DNA of 64,000 nt from Trueperaceae bacterium (GTDB taxonomy: Bacteria > Deinococcota > Deinococci > Deinococcales > Trueperaceae). This document shows, piece after piece, positions 29,227-38,789 of the stretch. The stretch spans positions 2,240,001 through 2,304,000 of the forward strand of contig OZ243913.1 of assembly GCA_965213705.1 (NCBI GenBank), read 5' to 3'. The position numbers and the translations under genes are program-made. Each line of letters starts with the position of its first letter. Positions within the stretch are counted from its first letter, which is position 1. Under the pieces are notes generated by a model. That model searched no databases and was not told the DNA's origin. It saw nothing but the letters and a program-made list of their open reading frames with translations.

Positions 29227-30060
29227 ATGAAACTCGGCCTGAGTTCCTACGCGCTCGCCTGGGCCGTCGGCGTGCCGGGCTATCCGCCAGAAAGTCCGCT
29301 GGACGTGTTCGGGTTCGTCCGCGTTGCCGCGCAGCATGGTTTTGGTCTCGTGCAAATCGCGGACAACTTGCCGCTCGCCGGACTCTCTGCGGACGAACTG
29401 AAAGAGCTCAAAAAACTGACGCGAGCGTCGGGTCTCGAGGTCGAAGTCGGCACGCGGGGCATTCATGACGGCAACTTGGAGCGCTATCTCGAGCTTGCAC
29501 AGTTTTTCGGCTCTTCTCTTTTGCGCGTCGTGGTGGACAGTTCCAATCATCACCCGAGCCCGGACGAGGTCGTCGCAACGGTGAAACCTTTGTTGCCTCT
29601 TTTTAAGCGCGCGGGTGTTACCCTCGCCATCGAAAACCACGACCGCTTCAGCGCCGGAACGCTCGCCCACATCGTGACGGCGCTGGACAGTCCGAGCGTC
29701 GGCATCTGCCTCGACACGGTCAATTCGTTTGGAGCGCTCGAGGGGCCGGAAACCGTGCTCGAGACCCTCGGACCCTTTGTGGTCAACCTGCACGTGAAGG
29801 ATTTTGCCGTGCGCCGGGCCGAGCACAACATGGGCTTTGCGATTTTCGGGACGCCCGCCGGGCAGGGCCTGTTGGACGTGCCAAAGCTTGTCAGGCGGTT
29901 ACAAGCGCTAGGCCGCGAGTTCAACGCGATTTTGGAACTGTGGCCCGCGCCGGAGGCGACGGTCCAGGCGACCGTCGCCAAAGAGGCGCGCTGGGTGGGG
30001 GAGAGCGCCGCCTATCTAAAAAACATGTTTCCGGCGGAGGACGAAAGCCGAGGTTCGTAA
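29227..30060 (+). CDS. Xylose isomerase-like TIM barrel, 3-oxo-isoapionate decarboxylase (OiaC)-like
   Basis: MKLGLSSYALAWAVG, EVGTRG, LAIENHD, ICLDTVNS, LHVKDF, G.PAGQG, ILELW; context. Confidence 0.7.
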   Translation: MKLGLSSYALAWAVGVPGYPPESPLDVFGFVRVAAQHGFGLVQIADNLPLAGLSADELKELKKLTRASGLEVEVGTRGIHDGNLERYLELAQFFGSSLLRVVVDSSNHHPSPDEVVATVKPLLPLFKRAGVTLAIENHDRFSAGTLAHIVTALDSPSVGICLDTVNSFGALEGPETVLETLGPFVVNLHVKDFAVRRAEHNMGFAIFGTPAGQGLLDVPKLVRRLQALGREFNAILELWPAPEATVQATVAKEARWVGESAAYLKNMFPAEDESRGS

Positions 30061-30080
30061 ACGCGTTCTCTGCTCGAGCC

Positions 30081-31004
30081 CTACCAGCCCCGCGTCGCCA
30101 GCAACTCTTCTTCGGGTAGCGTGTTGATGTTGATGCCCACCATCGCCTCGCCTAGGTTGCGTGAGACCTCGGCCAAGATGTCGGGGTTGTTGTAGTGCGT
30201 GACCGCCTTGACGATGGCGAGCGCGCGGCGCGCGTAGGCCTCGTTGCGCTCCTGCTCGGTCGTGGCGTTGGGGGCCGCCTTGAAGATGCCCGAGCCCACG
30301 AACACGCCGTCCATGCCGAGCTGCATCATCAGCGCCGCGTCGGCCGGGGTCGCCACGCCGCCCGCGGCGAAGTTCACCACCGGCAGTTTGCCGTGCTCGT
30401 GGACGTAGACGACTAAGTCGTAGGGTGCGCCGTTGTCCTTGGCGAAACTCATCAGTTCTTCGCGCGGCGTGGTTTGCAGGTGGCGAATCGAGCCCATCAC
30501 GCTGCGCGCGTGGCGCACGGCCTCGACCACGTTGCCGGTGCCCGCTTCACCTTTGGTGCGAATCAGCGCCGCGCCCTCGCCGACGCGCCGCAACGCCTCG
30601 CCGATGTTGGTACAGCCGCAGACGAACGGCACCGTAAAAGCGGTTTTGTCGATGTGGTACGCCTCGTCCGCGGGGGTCAACACCTCGGACTCGTCGATAA
30701 AGTCGACGCCTAAGGCCTCCAAAATCTGCGCCTCGACGAAGTGGCCGATGCGCGCTTTCGCCATCACCGGAATCGACACGGCGTCGATAATCCCGGCAAT
30801 CATGTCCGGGTCGCTCATCCGGGCCACGCCGCCCTGCACGCGGATGTCGGCCGGGACACGCTCTAAGGCCATCACCGCGGTCGCGCCCGCGTCTTCGGCG
30901 ATTCTGGCTTGGTCGGGCGTGACCACGTCCATAATCACGCCGCCCTTGAACATCTCGGCGAAACCGGTTTTGACCCGGGTGCTGCCTATCACTGTTTCCG
31001 ACAT
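30081..31004 (-). CDS. pdxS: Pyridoxal 5'-phosphate synthase lyase subunit
   Basis: [43 protein letters not shown] 31004 with GGAGG RBS. Confidence 0.97.
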   Translation of the reverse strand: MSETVIGSTRVKTGFAEMFKGGVIMDVVTPDQARIAEDAGATAVMALERVPADIRVQGGVARMSDPDMIAGIIDAVSIPVMAKARIGHFVEAQILEALGVDFIDESEVLTPADEAYHIDKTAFTVPFVCGCTNIGEALRRVGEGAALIRTKGEAGTGNVVEAVRHARSVMGSIRHLQTTPREELMSFAKDNGAPYDLVVYVHEHGKLPVVNFAAGGVATPADAALMMQLGMDGVFVGSGIFKAAPNATTEQERNEAYARRALAIVKAVTHYNNPDILAEVSRNLGEAMVGININTLPEEELLATRGW

Positions 31005-31100
31005 ATTTCCTCCTGGGCACGCTTTTAGCGCGCCGCGAATCTCCCTATTATGGCACTTCGGCACTCGCCGCGGGGCTTTGTCGGGACAAGTTCGTTTGCG

Positions 31101-31129
31101 GTAGGGGCGGGTTTGAAACCCGCCCCTAC
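31101..31129. repeat. GTAG-type REP-like palindrome, copy 1
   Basis: GTAGGGGCGGGTTTGAAACCCGCCCCTAC; near-identical copy at 42430. Confidence 0.8.
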
Positions 31130-31162
31130 GATGCGCTGAAAAAGTACGTTCAGGACGACTCA

Positions 31163-32680
31163 CTACGCAAGCTGCACCTTCTCCCGCACGTAGTCGCCGA
31201 GTTCGTCTATCGCCACGCGCTCCTGCATCATCGTGTCGCGGTCGCGCACGGTGACGGTGTCTTTCAGCTTGGGGTCGTCCTCCCCCAACGTGTCGAAGTC
31301 CACCGTGACGCAGAGCGGCGTGCCCACTTCGTCGTGGCGGCGGTAGCCCTTGCCGATGTTGCCGGTGTCCTCGTAAAACACCCGGCCGATGCCGAGCGCT
31401 TGCAGGTCGCGCTTGACGGCCCTCGCCTTGTCGGTGATTGCGGGCTTGTTCCGCGCCAAGGGAATGACGGCGACCTTGATGGGCGACAGGTGCGGCCTCA
31501 GTTTCAGGACGATGCGCTCCTTGCCGTCGCCCAAGTCTTCACGCGTAAACGCCTCGGTGAGTACCGCCAGTACGCCGCGGTCGACCCCGGCCGAGGGCTC
31601 GATGACGTAGGGCACAACCGGCTTGTTCGTGTCAGGGTCGAGGATGGTCAGTTTGGCGGTGCTGTCGGTGTTTTTGGTGACCGCCGCCGTCAAACCCAAA
31701 GTATCCTGGTTTTTGCTGTGCGAGCCCAGGTCGTAGTCGGTGCGGTTGGCGACACCCTCGAGTTCCTCCAAGCCATGCGGAAATTTGTAAAGAATATCGA
31801 CCGTCGCCTTGGCGTAGTGCGCCAACTCGGCGGGCTCCTGGTCGTAGGGCGTCAGGTTGTCGCTTTGCAAACCCTGGTCGCGCCACCACTGCAAACGGTC
31901 CTCCACCCAGCGGCGGTGCCACTCGTCATCCTCGCCGGGTTTGACAAAGTATTCGATTTCCATCTGCTCGAACTCGCGCACGCGGAAAATGAAGTTGCGC
32001 GGCGTGATTTCGTTGCGAAACGCTTTACCGATTTGGGCGACGCCGAAAGGCAGTTTTCTGGCCGTCGAGTCGACCACGTTCTTGAAGTTCACGAAGATGC
32101 CCTGTGCGGTCTCGGGCCGCAAATAAGCGTAACTCTCCTCGTCCTGAATGGGTCCGACGGTCGTCTTGAACATCATGTTGAAGGGGCGCGGCGGCGTCCA
32201 GTCGCCGGGTTGTCCGTCGTCGGGGTCGGTCACTTTGGCGGTTGTCAAGAGTTCCGCGGCGCGCTCGGGAATCGTCATGAGGTGCGCGACAAGGGCGTTC
32301 ACACTCGTCGACTCGTCCAAATCCGCCCCGTTGGCGACGGCAGAAAGCGTTTCCGGCTTCTGGTCGGCGAGGAGGTGGTCCAGGCGGTAGCGCCGTTTGC
32401 TTTTACGGTTGTCGACGAGCGGGTCGGCAAAGGTCGCCTCGTGGCCCGAATAGCGCAGGACGAGCTTGTTCATGAGGATGGACGCGTCCAGCCCTTCCAC
32501 GTCGTCGCGCTCGTACACGTTCGCGCGCCACCAGGCGGCTTTGAGGTTGTTTTTAAGCTCGACGCCGAGCGGGCCATAATCATAAGTGCCTTGCAGGCCG
32601 CCGTAGATGTCCGACCCCGGAAAAATGAAGCCGCGCCGCTTGCACAGGGCGACAAGTTCGTCCATCGTTTCTGCTGGCAT
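31163..32680 (-). CDS. glyQS: Glycine--tRNA ligase, alpha2 type
   Basis: [54 protein letters not shown] 32680 with GGAGG RBS. Confidence 0.97.
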   Translation of the reverse strand: MPAETMDELVALCKRRGFIFPGSDIYGGLQGTYDYGPLGVELKNNLKAAWWRANVYERDDVEGLDASILMNKLVLRYSGHEATFADPLVDNRKSKRRYRLDHLLADQKPETLSAVANGADLDESTSVNALVAHLMTIPERAAELLTTAKVTDPDDGQPGDWTPPRPFNMMFKTTVGPIQDEESYAYLRPETAQGIFVNFKNVVDSTARKLPFGVAQIGKAFRNEITPRNFIFRVREFEQMEIEYFVKPGEDDEWHRRWVEDRLQWWRDQGLQSDNLTPYDQEPAELAHYAKATVDILYKFPHGLEELEGVANRTDYDLGSHSKNQDTLGLTAAVTKNTDSTAKLTILDPDTNKPVVPYVIEPSAGVDRGVLAVLTEAFTREDLGDGKERIVLKLRPHLSPIKVAVIPLARNKPAITDKARAVKRDLQALGIGRVFYEDTGNIGKGYRRHDEVGTPLCVTVDFDTLGEDDPKLKDTVTVRDRDTMMQERVAIDELGDYVREKVQLA

Positions 32681-32721
32681 AAGAACCTCCTGTAAGCTCA
32701 CCGGGGCTTGTGAAACAGACA

Positions 32722-32935
32722 CAAAAACGCCCAGGTGGCACTTTCCACCTGGGGACGGCTAGAGGACTAGCCGCGGTTCCACCCCAGTTCCTCGAGCGCG
32801 CTCGAGGCTCTTTAAGTCATCCTGACGCCGTGACGAGCGCCCCGTCAAGCTCCCTGCCGCCTTTCCCGCGCCGCCGCCGCCGGGCTCGCACCCACCCCGA
32901 CTCGCTTATCGCGACCGCACGCGGTACTCTTGCAG
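32722..32935 (-). ncRNA. T-box riboswitch leader with Gly (GGC) specifier and terminator
   Basis: Minus strand: AGCGAGTCGGGG..GGTGCGAGCCCGG (stem I apex), GAAAGGCG specifier (32859-61), T-box AACTGGGGTGGAACCGCG (32772-89), terminator CCCAGGTGG..CCACCTGGG-CGTTTTT. Confidence 0.85.
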
Positions 32936-33138
32936 GTCGAGCCTTATCATGCCAGAAGCGCACGTCATAAATCAACCAGCAGGTCAACGCCCGGCGGACC
33001 GTGACCGGGTTGCTCCTTGGTTTGACTTTTGGAGTCCCCCGCAATGACCGTCCAACCCGGCCGACGCCGGTACCGGTTGCTGTCGCGGCCCTCGAGCTTT
33101 GTAAACGCCACACGAGTTTTGCGGTATCCTCCTGCTTT

Positions 33139-34599
33139 ATGGACGTTCCCGACCGCGCCGCCCTCGGCCCTGATCCTGCCAATCCCAACCCTACCAATTC
33201 CAACCCTACCAATGCCAACCCAGCCAACCCCGGCTCTGCTGACTCCGACCGCGCCGGCCGCGGGTACGCCGTCGTCGTGCAGAAGTACGGGGGCACGAGT
33301 GTTGGAGATTTGGAACGCATCCGCAAGGTGGCGACGCGTGTGGCGCGCACCGTGGCGCAGGGCAACAAGGTGGCCGTGACCGTGTCGGCGATGGGTCGCA
33401 CCACCGACAGCCTCGTCACGCTTGCGAAAGAAGCCAACCCCCGCCCGAGCCGCCGCGAACTCGACGTGCTCATGGCGACGGGCGAGCAGCAGACCATCGC
33501 GCTCCTGGCCCTGACGCTGCACGGTTTGGGCGTTACCGCGCAGTCGTTTACCGGGCAGCAAGCGGGGTTTTTGACCGACAGCTTGAGCGGCGGCGCGCGC
33601 ATCGTTGAGGTGAATCCGGCGGGGTTGTGGCGAGCTTTCGAGCACGTGGACGTGGCCGTCGTCGCAGGCTTTCAAGGCGTGGACGCCAACGGGACCATCA
33701 CCACCTTGGGGCGCGGCGGCTCGGACACGACCGCCGTCGCGGTGGCGGCCGCTCTAGGGGTCGAAGAGTGTGAAATTTACACCGACACCGAGGGCATCTA
33801 TACGACCGACCCGCACCTGGTGCCGAGCGCGTCCAAGCTGGACACCATCGACTACGACGAAATGTTGGAACTCGCCTCGCTCGGCGCCAAGGTGCTCCAC
33901 CCCAGGAGCGTCTGGTACGGCCGCCGTTACGGCGTGCGTATTCACGTCCGCTCTTCGTTCAGCTTCAACCGGGGCACCCTCGTCACCCACCTGGATAGCC
34001 GAAAACGGGATATTGAGAAACCAGATACTCAAAACCCAGCTGTTCAAAACCCAAGTGCCCAAGACCCAGGTGCCCAAGACCCAGGCGCCCAAAACCCACA
34101 GGAGTCCACCATGAAAACCGACCGACCCGTAACCGGTGTGGCGCTCGACTTAAACCACGACCGCATCGACGTGCTGGATGTGCCCGACCTGCCGGGAATC
34201 GCCGCGCAGCTGTTTACGGCCCTCGGCGCGGCGGGCATGAGCGCCGACATGATAGTTCAGGGTGTGCCCGGCGACGCGTCGTCGCGTCAACAGATGGCGT
34301 TTACGGTGAGTAAAGACGGGTTGCAGGACGCCCTCGAGGCTATCCAACCCGTGCTGAACGCGGTCGGCGGGCGTACCGAGACGAGCACCGACATCGCCAA
34401 GCTGTCCATCGTCGGCGTCGCCATCGGCTCGACGCCGGGTGTAGCCGGGCGCTTTTTCGAAGCGGTCTCGGCGGCGGGTGCCAACATCGAAATGATTGCC
34501 ACGAGCGAGGTGCGGGTGTCCGTCGTTATTCCGGCCGCGCACGCCAAGGACGCGTTGCGGGCGGTCCACAGCGCGTTTGGGTTGGACGCGGAAACCTAA
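33139..34599 (+). CDS. lysC: Aspartate kinase (alpha subunit; beta subunit probably from internal ATG 34111)
   Basis: VVQKYGGTSVG, TVSAMG, TTLGRGGSDTTAVA, two ACT domains, ATSEVRVS; TATCCT -10 before ATG 33139. Confidence 0.95.
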   Translation: MDVPDRAALGPDPANPNPTNSNPTNANPANPGSADSDRAGRGYAVVVQKYGGTSVGDLERIRKVATRVARTVAQGNKVAVTVSAMGRTTDSLVTLAKEANPRPSRRELDVLMATGEQQTIALLALTLHGLGVTAQSFTGQQAGFLTDSLSGGARIVEVNPAGLWRAFEHVDVAVVAGFQGVDANGTITTLGRGGSDTTAVAVAAALGVEECEIYTDTEGIYTTDPHLVPSASKLDTIDYDEMLELASLGAKVLHPRSVWYGRRYGVRIHVRSSFSFNRGTLVTHLDSRKRDIEKPDTQNPAVQNPSAQDPGAQDPGAQNPQESTMKTDRPVTGVALDLNHDRIDVLDVPDLPGIAAQLFTALGAAGMSADMIVQGVPGDASSRQQMAFTVSKDGLQDALEAIQPVLNAVGGRTETSTDIAKLSIVGVAIGSTPGVAGRFFEAVSAAGANIEMIATSEVRVSVVIPAAHAKDALRAVHSAFGLDAET

Positions 34600-34781
34600 C
34601 CCTCTTTTGTCAAGGCAAGTCAAAGGGCGGTCTTTACCGGTCGCGCGGCTCACAGGTTACGAATAAGCAATTTCTCACCGCTCGCCCGGTGCGGCTTGCT
34701 ATCCTCTCAACGTATAGCGAGGTTTGAGCGTCCGTAACAACGGAATTTGGCAAATTCGTTGCGCGTTTTTGAGAGGAACAC

Positions 34782-35942
34782 ATGAATAAACTGACCATCT
34801 TTTTGGGTACGCTTTTGGGTTTGACTCTGGTTGCCTGTGGCGCTACGCCCACGCCCGGAGGCGGGGGCAGCAACCCGGAGAACGCCCCCGTCATCAACAG
34901 TTTTAAAGCCGCGGACACAACCGTTGCGTCGGGCGGCAGCACGACCCTCACCTGGGACGTGACCGGAGCGACGAGCCTGAAGCTGGCGGCGGACGTCGGA
35001 CCGAGTATCGGTGAGGTAACGGGCTCGAGCCTCGTCGTCACGCCCCTCCAAACGACCGTCTACACGCTCACCGCCAGCAACGCCGACGGTGCCAGTACCG
35101 ACAAAACGACCGTGTCGGTCGGGCAAATACCGACCCAATCCATCACCGAACTCGTCAAGGCCGACGACGAGCAGTTCAGGATGCTCGAGCGGGTCCTCGA
35201 CGAAACCGGCCTGGCCGCCACCTTGGCGGGCGACGGACCCTACACGCTTTTTGCACCGAACGACGCGGCGTTCGAGTACCTGTTAGACACTCTCTTGAAA
35301 GTAAGCTTTGAAGACTTTTTGAAGCAACCCGACTTAGAAGACAGGTTCAGGTACCACATCTTAGAGAGCGCCGTGCCCGCCGACGAACTCAGAGAGGGCA
35401 AGTCTTTCTTGACCTTACAAGGCTACCCGATCACGACGGAAGTAGCCGAGAACGGCGACCTCCGGGTAGAAGCTGCGACCATCATAGAGACTGATGTGCT
35501 TGCTACCAACGGCGTTGTTTATGTTATAGACGAGCCTCTTCAGCCGCCGGCCAAGGGTACGGTCGAGTACACCCTCGACGCGACGTTGGCCGAAGACACG
35601 AAAATTTTCGGCACGGCCAGGTTTACCGAACTCTCGCCCACGCAGACAGAAATCGTGCTCGAGCTTACCGGTGTCACCTCCGGCATGACGTTGCCGGCCC
35701 ACGTTCACGAAGGCGATGTAGGCAGCAACGGGGCTATCAAGTACCCGCTCGCAAACGTCGACGGGGCGACGGGAAAAAGCGCCACGACACTCGACGTTTC
35801 TTACGGCACCCTGCTCGAGTTCGACGGTTACCTCAACGTTCACTTGTCGGAAGCGCAACCGGACGTCGTGGTAGCGACCGGCGAGGTCGGTGCAGGTGTG
35901 GTCCCCCCCGACTTGGGCCGGCGAGCCAAAGCAACGCGCTGA
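34782..35942 (+). CDS. Lipoprotein with Ig-like, fasciclin (FAS1) and CHRD-like domains
   Basis: Lipobox LVAC; TLTWDVTGAT..YTLTASN; GPYTLFAPNDAAF, YHIL, ATNGVVYVID; PAHVHEG..YLNVH. Confidence 0.8.
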   Translation: MNKLTIFLGTLLGLTLVACGATPTPGGGGSNPENAPVINSFKAADTTVASGGSTTLTWDVTGATSLKLAADVGPSIGEVTGSSLVVTPLQTTVYTLTASNADGASTDKTTVSVGQIPTQSITELVKADDEQFRMLERVLDETGLAATLAGDGPYTLFAPNDAAFEYLLDTLLKVSFEDFLKQPDLEDRFRYHILESAVPADELREGKSFLTLQGYPITTEVAENGDLRVEAATIIETDVLATNGVVYVIDEPLQPPAKGTVEYTLDATLAEDTKIFGTARFTELSPTQTEIVLELTGVTSGMTLPAHVHEGDVGSNGAIKYPLANVDGATGKSATTLDVSYGTLLEFDGYLNVHLSEAQPDVVVATGEVGAGVVPPDLGRRAKATR

Positions 35943-35976
35943 GAAGGGCACGCTGAGAACGGCGCGAATAAAAGCG

Positions 35977-36006
35977 ACAGGGGCGCAACGTCGCCCCTGT
36001 TCTTTT
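35977..36006 (+). terminator. Intrinsic terminator
   Basis: ACAGGGGCG-loop-CGCCCCTGT followed by TCTTTT. Confidence 0.7.
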
Positions 36007-36022
36007 GCGTTACCCTTTGCAC

Positions 36023-36319
36023 ATGCCCCAGTACACGGTCGACCAGGTTTTTTTGCAACTGCGTGGGGGACAGCTCGAGCTGTTGTTGGTTTTGGAGAAC
36101 ATCGCGGGCGCGCGCCACCGCGAAACCCTTACCTTCCCCACGCGTAACACCATCGAAGCCGTCAAACGCGCCGCCAAACACCTCGCTTACCGTGGCGACG
36201 TGACAAGTGTGAACGGGGCGCGGTTGCGCCGCGAACAGCGCGGCATCCTCAAAGACGACGCTTCTTTGCAAAGAATGTTCATAAACGAGTTCGCCCGCCA
36301 CTACGAAGAGGACGCGTGA
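36023..36319 (+). CDS. Hypothetical protein, 98 aa
   Basis: TACCCT -10 six nt before ATG 36023; stop overlaps the next gene start. Confidence 0.65.
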   Translation: MPQYTVDQVFLQLRGGQLELLLVLENIAGARHRETLTFPTRNTIEAVKRAAKHLAYRGDVTSVNGARLRREQRGILKDDASLQRMFINEFARHYEEDA

Positions 36320-36765
36320 AGCTCGCGACCCTTGCCTACGTCAAGCGGGACGGTCACACCCTCATGCTGCACAAGGCGCGTGGCTACCAGGCGGGCAAGT
36401 GGAACGGCTTGGGGGGCAAGTTCGACCCCGGCGAGTCGCCCGAGGAGTGCTTGAAGCGGGAAGTGCTCGAGGAGTCCGGCCTAAGCGTCACGGCGGCGCA
36501 GCTCAAGGGTTTCATCACCTTTCCCGATTTCGACGGTAACGACGACTGGTACGCCTTTGTTTACGTCGTCACCGGGTTTGCAGGCGACCTTAAAGCTTCG
36601 GACGAAGGTGAACTGCGCTGGGTGCCCGACGCCGACGTGTTGAACCTCGACATCTGGGACGGCGACCGGGTCTTTTTACCGTGGCTCGAGCGGCCAAACA
36701 CCTTCAGCGCCAAGTTCGTCTACGAACAAGGTGTTTTCAAAAGCCATACTGTGACTTTTTACTAG
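36316..36765 (+). CDS. 8-oxo-dGTP diphosphatase-like NUDIX hydrolase
   Basis: GKWNGLGGKFDPGESPEECLKREVLEESG, SDEGELRW, WDGD. Confidence 0.9.
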   Translation: MKLATLAYVKRDGHTLMLHKARGYQAGKWNGLGGKFDPGESPEECLKREVLEESGLSVTAAQLKGFITFPDFDGNDDWYAFVYVVTGFAGDLKASDEGELRWVPDADVLNLDIWDGDRVFLPWLERPNTFSAKFVYEQGVFKSHTVTFY

Positions 36766-36796
36766 CTTTCGCCACAAACTACTGGTTTATGCCAAT

Positions 36797-37204
36797 TTAT
36801 GCCAACGCGCTCATTTTTTCCTGGTCGACAAAGCCGACCAGCCGCTGCGCCAGCATCATGTCGCCCTCTATCTTGACCCGACCGGTCATAAAGGCGGTCA
36901 TGCCGTTCAAGTTGCCCCGGAACAGCTCGACCATGTCTTCGTCGCTCATGGTGATGATGAGGTCGGGGTTCTCAGCGCTGCCTTCGTAAACTCGCAAGGT
37001 GCCGTTGTCCAAAACTTGGTACATCGGCTCGGTCAGGTTGTACTGGACGGTTGCGTGCGTGTCTCCCGCCGCTTCTTCGTCGAAGACCTCGGGCATACGC
37101 TGCAGTAGGGTTTTAGCTGTCAAGTTGGGTGCCACCACGTTCCTCCGGACTTTTGGCGTTGTACCCGCTTTTTGAGTTGCGGACACGGTTCGGTGAGCTT
37201 GCAA
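36797..37204 (-). CDS. SCP2 sterol/lipid-binding domain protein (start uncertain)
   Basis: PDLIITM, LNGMTAFMTGRVKIEGDMMLAQRL. Confidence 0.85.
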   Translation of the reverse strand: MQAHRTVSATQKAGTTPKVRRNVVAPNLTAKTLLQRMPEVFDEEAAGDTHATVQYNLTEPMYQVLDNGTLRVYEGSAENPDLIITMSDEDMVELFRGNLNGMTAFMTGRVKIEGDMMLAQRLVGFVDQEKMSALA

Positions 37205-37207
37205 AGC

Positions 37208-37222
37208 TATACTTAAGCTTAA
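37208..37222. promoter_or_regulatory. TATACT -10 with overlapping palindrome TTAAGCTTAA between divergent lipid-metabolism genes
   Basis: GCTATACTTAAGCTTAACTAAGGAG precedes the acyl-CoA dehydrogenase TTG. Confidence 0.45.
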
Positions 37223-37236
37223 CTAAGGAGCCAGAT

Positions 37237-38388
37237 TTGAACTTTGTTCTACCCGACGATTTACAGTTTATGCAGGGCCACGTCCGCGACTTCGCGCAGC
37301 GCGAAGTGGCGACAGTCGCCGCCGAGTTGGACCGTCACCCGGTCTTCCCCTGGAAAACGCTTCACAAGATGGGTGAACTCGGCTTGCTCGGCATCATGAC
37401 GCCGGAAGCGTACGGCGGCGCGGGGCTGGACACCCTGAGCTTCGTGGTGCTACTGGAAGAAATTTCCGCCGCCGACGCCGCGCACGGCACCATCATGAGC
37501 GTGACCAACGGCCTGCCGCAAGGCATGATTCTCGCCTACGGCAGCGACGCCCAAAAGGAAAAATACCTGCCCAAGCTCGCCTCGGGCGAATACATCGGCG
37601 CGTTTTGTTTGTCCGAACCCCACTGCGGTTCGGACGCGGTCGCGATGAAAACCAAGGCGACGAAAACCGACGGCGGCTATACCCTTTCGGGCACCAAAGC
37701 CTGGACGACCTCGGGCGGCGAGGCGCAGGTGTACCTGGTGATGGCAAAGACCGAACCCGGCGCGGGCGCGCGGGGCGTGAGCTGTTTTATCGTCGAAAAG
37801 GGTGCGCAAGGCATGTTTTTCGGTAAGCCCGAAGAAAAACTCGGGCAGCACGCGGCGATTACCACCACGGTCAGTTTCGACGACTGTTTCGTTCCCGACT
37901 GCCAGCTTTTGGGCAAAGAGGGCCAAGGGTTCGTCTACGCGATGGCGTCGCTCGACGGGGGGCGCATCGGTATCGCGGCGCAGGCGGTCGGCATCGCGCG
38001 GGCCGCGCTCGAGGCCGCCCTCGACTACGCCGACGAGCGCAGGGCGTTCGGCCAACCCATCCGCGACTTTCAGGGGATAAGCTTCAAACTTGCCGACATG
38101 GCGACGCAACTCGAAGCCGCCCGTCTCCTCACCTACCGCGCCGCCTGGCTGAAAGACAAGGGCTACCGCGTCACCCAGGACGCCTCGATGGCGAAACTGT
38201 TCGCCTCGGAAGCTGCCTCGAAAATCACCCACGCGGCGCTGCAAGTTTTCGGCGGTTACGGCTACTCGAAGGATTATCCGGTCGAACGTTACTTTCGCGA
38301 CGCTCGAGTCACCGAAATCTACGAGGGCACCTCCGAAATACAGCGCACCGTCATCGCCCGCCAGCTCTACCGCAACCGGAACCGCTGA
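37237..38388 (+). CDS. Acyl-CoA dehydrogenase
   Basis: FCLSEPHCGSD, GTKAW, GGRIGIAAQ, R.AFG, GGYGY..DYPVER.FRDARVTEIYEGT; TTG 37237 after AAGGAG. Confidence 0.95.
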   Translation: MNFVLPDDLQFMQGHVRDFAQREVATVAAELDRHPVFPWKTLHKMGELGLLGIMTPEAYGGAGLDTLSFVVLLEEISAADAAHGTIMSVTNGLPQGMILAYGSDAQKEKYLPKLASGEYIGAFCLSEPHCGSDAVAMKTKATKTDGGYTLSGTKAWTTSGGEAQVYLVMAKTEPGAGARGVSCFIVEKGAQGMFFGKPEEKLGQHAAITTTVSFDDCFVPDCQLLGKEGQGFVYAMASLDGGRIGIAAQAVGIARAALEAALDYADERRAFGQPIRDFQGISFKLADMATQLEAARLLTYRAAWLKDKGYRVTQDASMAKLFASEAASKITHAALQVFGGYGYSKDYPVERYFRDARVTEIYEGTSEIQRTVIARQLYRNRNR

Positions 38389-38789
38389 TGCGCACGTTCA
38401 TCTACGACGTTTCAGGTGAAGCTTTTCTGTACGTGACGGGCGCGGGCGTGATTTACGACGCTTCAAATCAACCCCTCGGGATGGTCCAGGACGAGCAAGT
38501 TGTGACGGCGGACGCTTCGCACGTCGGCTGGTTCGACGGCGCGTTTTTGTGGGACGCGAACGGTTACTTGCTCGGGTTTGTCAAAGGCGCAAAGGCTCAG
38601 GGAGGGCTCGAGCTGCCCAAAACAAGGCCGCTAGGGTTCAAGCCTCAGCCGACACCCTTCGCCCTGCACCCGCTTCTCGTCCCGCGTGTCAAACCGAATC
38701 TCAACTGGCAGTGGTCGCCGCAGACCTCGGCAATTTTCAACAGAACAACTCTCAACAGTACAACTTTCAGCAAAGGAGTAAAAGTGTGA
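38388..38789 (+). CDS. Hypothetical beta-hairpin-repeat protein (4-fold beta-flower-like)
   Basis: Repeated IYDxxG / VGWFDG / LWDANG units with Pro-rich tail; translationally coupled on both sides. Confidence 0.55.
   Translation: MRTFIYDVSGEAFLYVTGAGVIYDASNQPLGMVQDEQVVTADASHVGWFDGAFLWDANGYLLGFVKGAKAQGGLELPKTRPLGFKPQPTPFALHPLLVPRVKPNLNWQWSPQTSAIFNRTTLNSTTFSKGVKV

Noticed and set aside
30081..31163. N-terminally extended ORF-track starts (pdxS 31163, lysC 33001, RLP 24292, ACADs 37129/38549, cyclase 50069, crtD 53573)
   Set aside because: Extensions overlap neighbours or repeats; downstream starts have an RBS, a leaderless -10 or stop/start coupling.
33181..34095. Short repeat arrays considered as CRISPR-like
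   Set aside because: Contiguous 15-bp coding units without unique spacers; no cas genes in the window.
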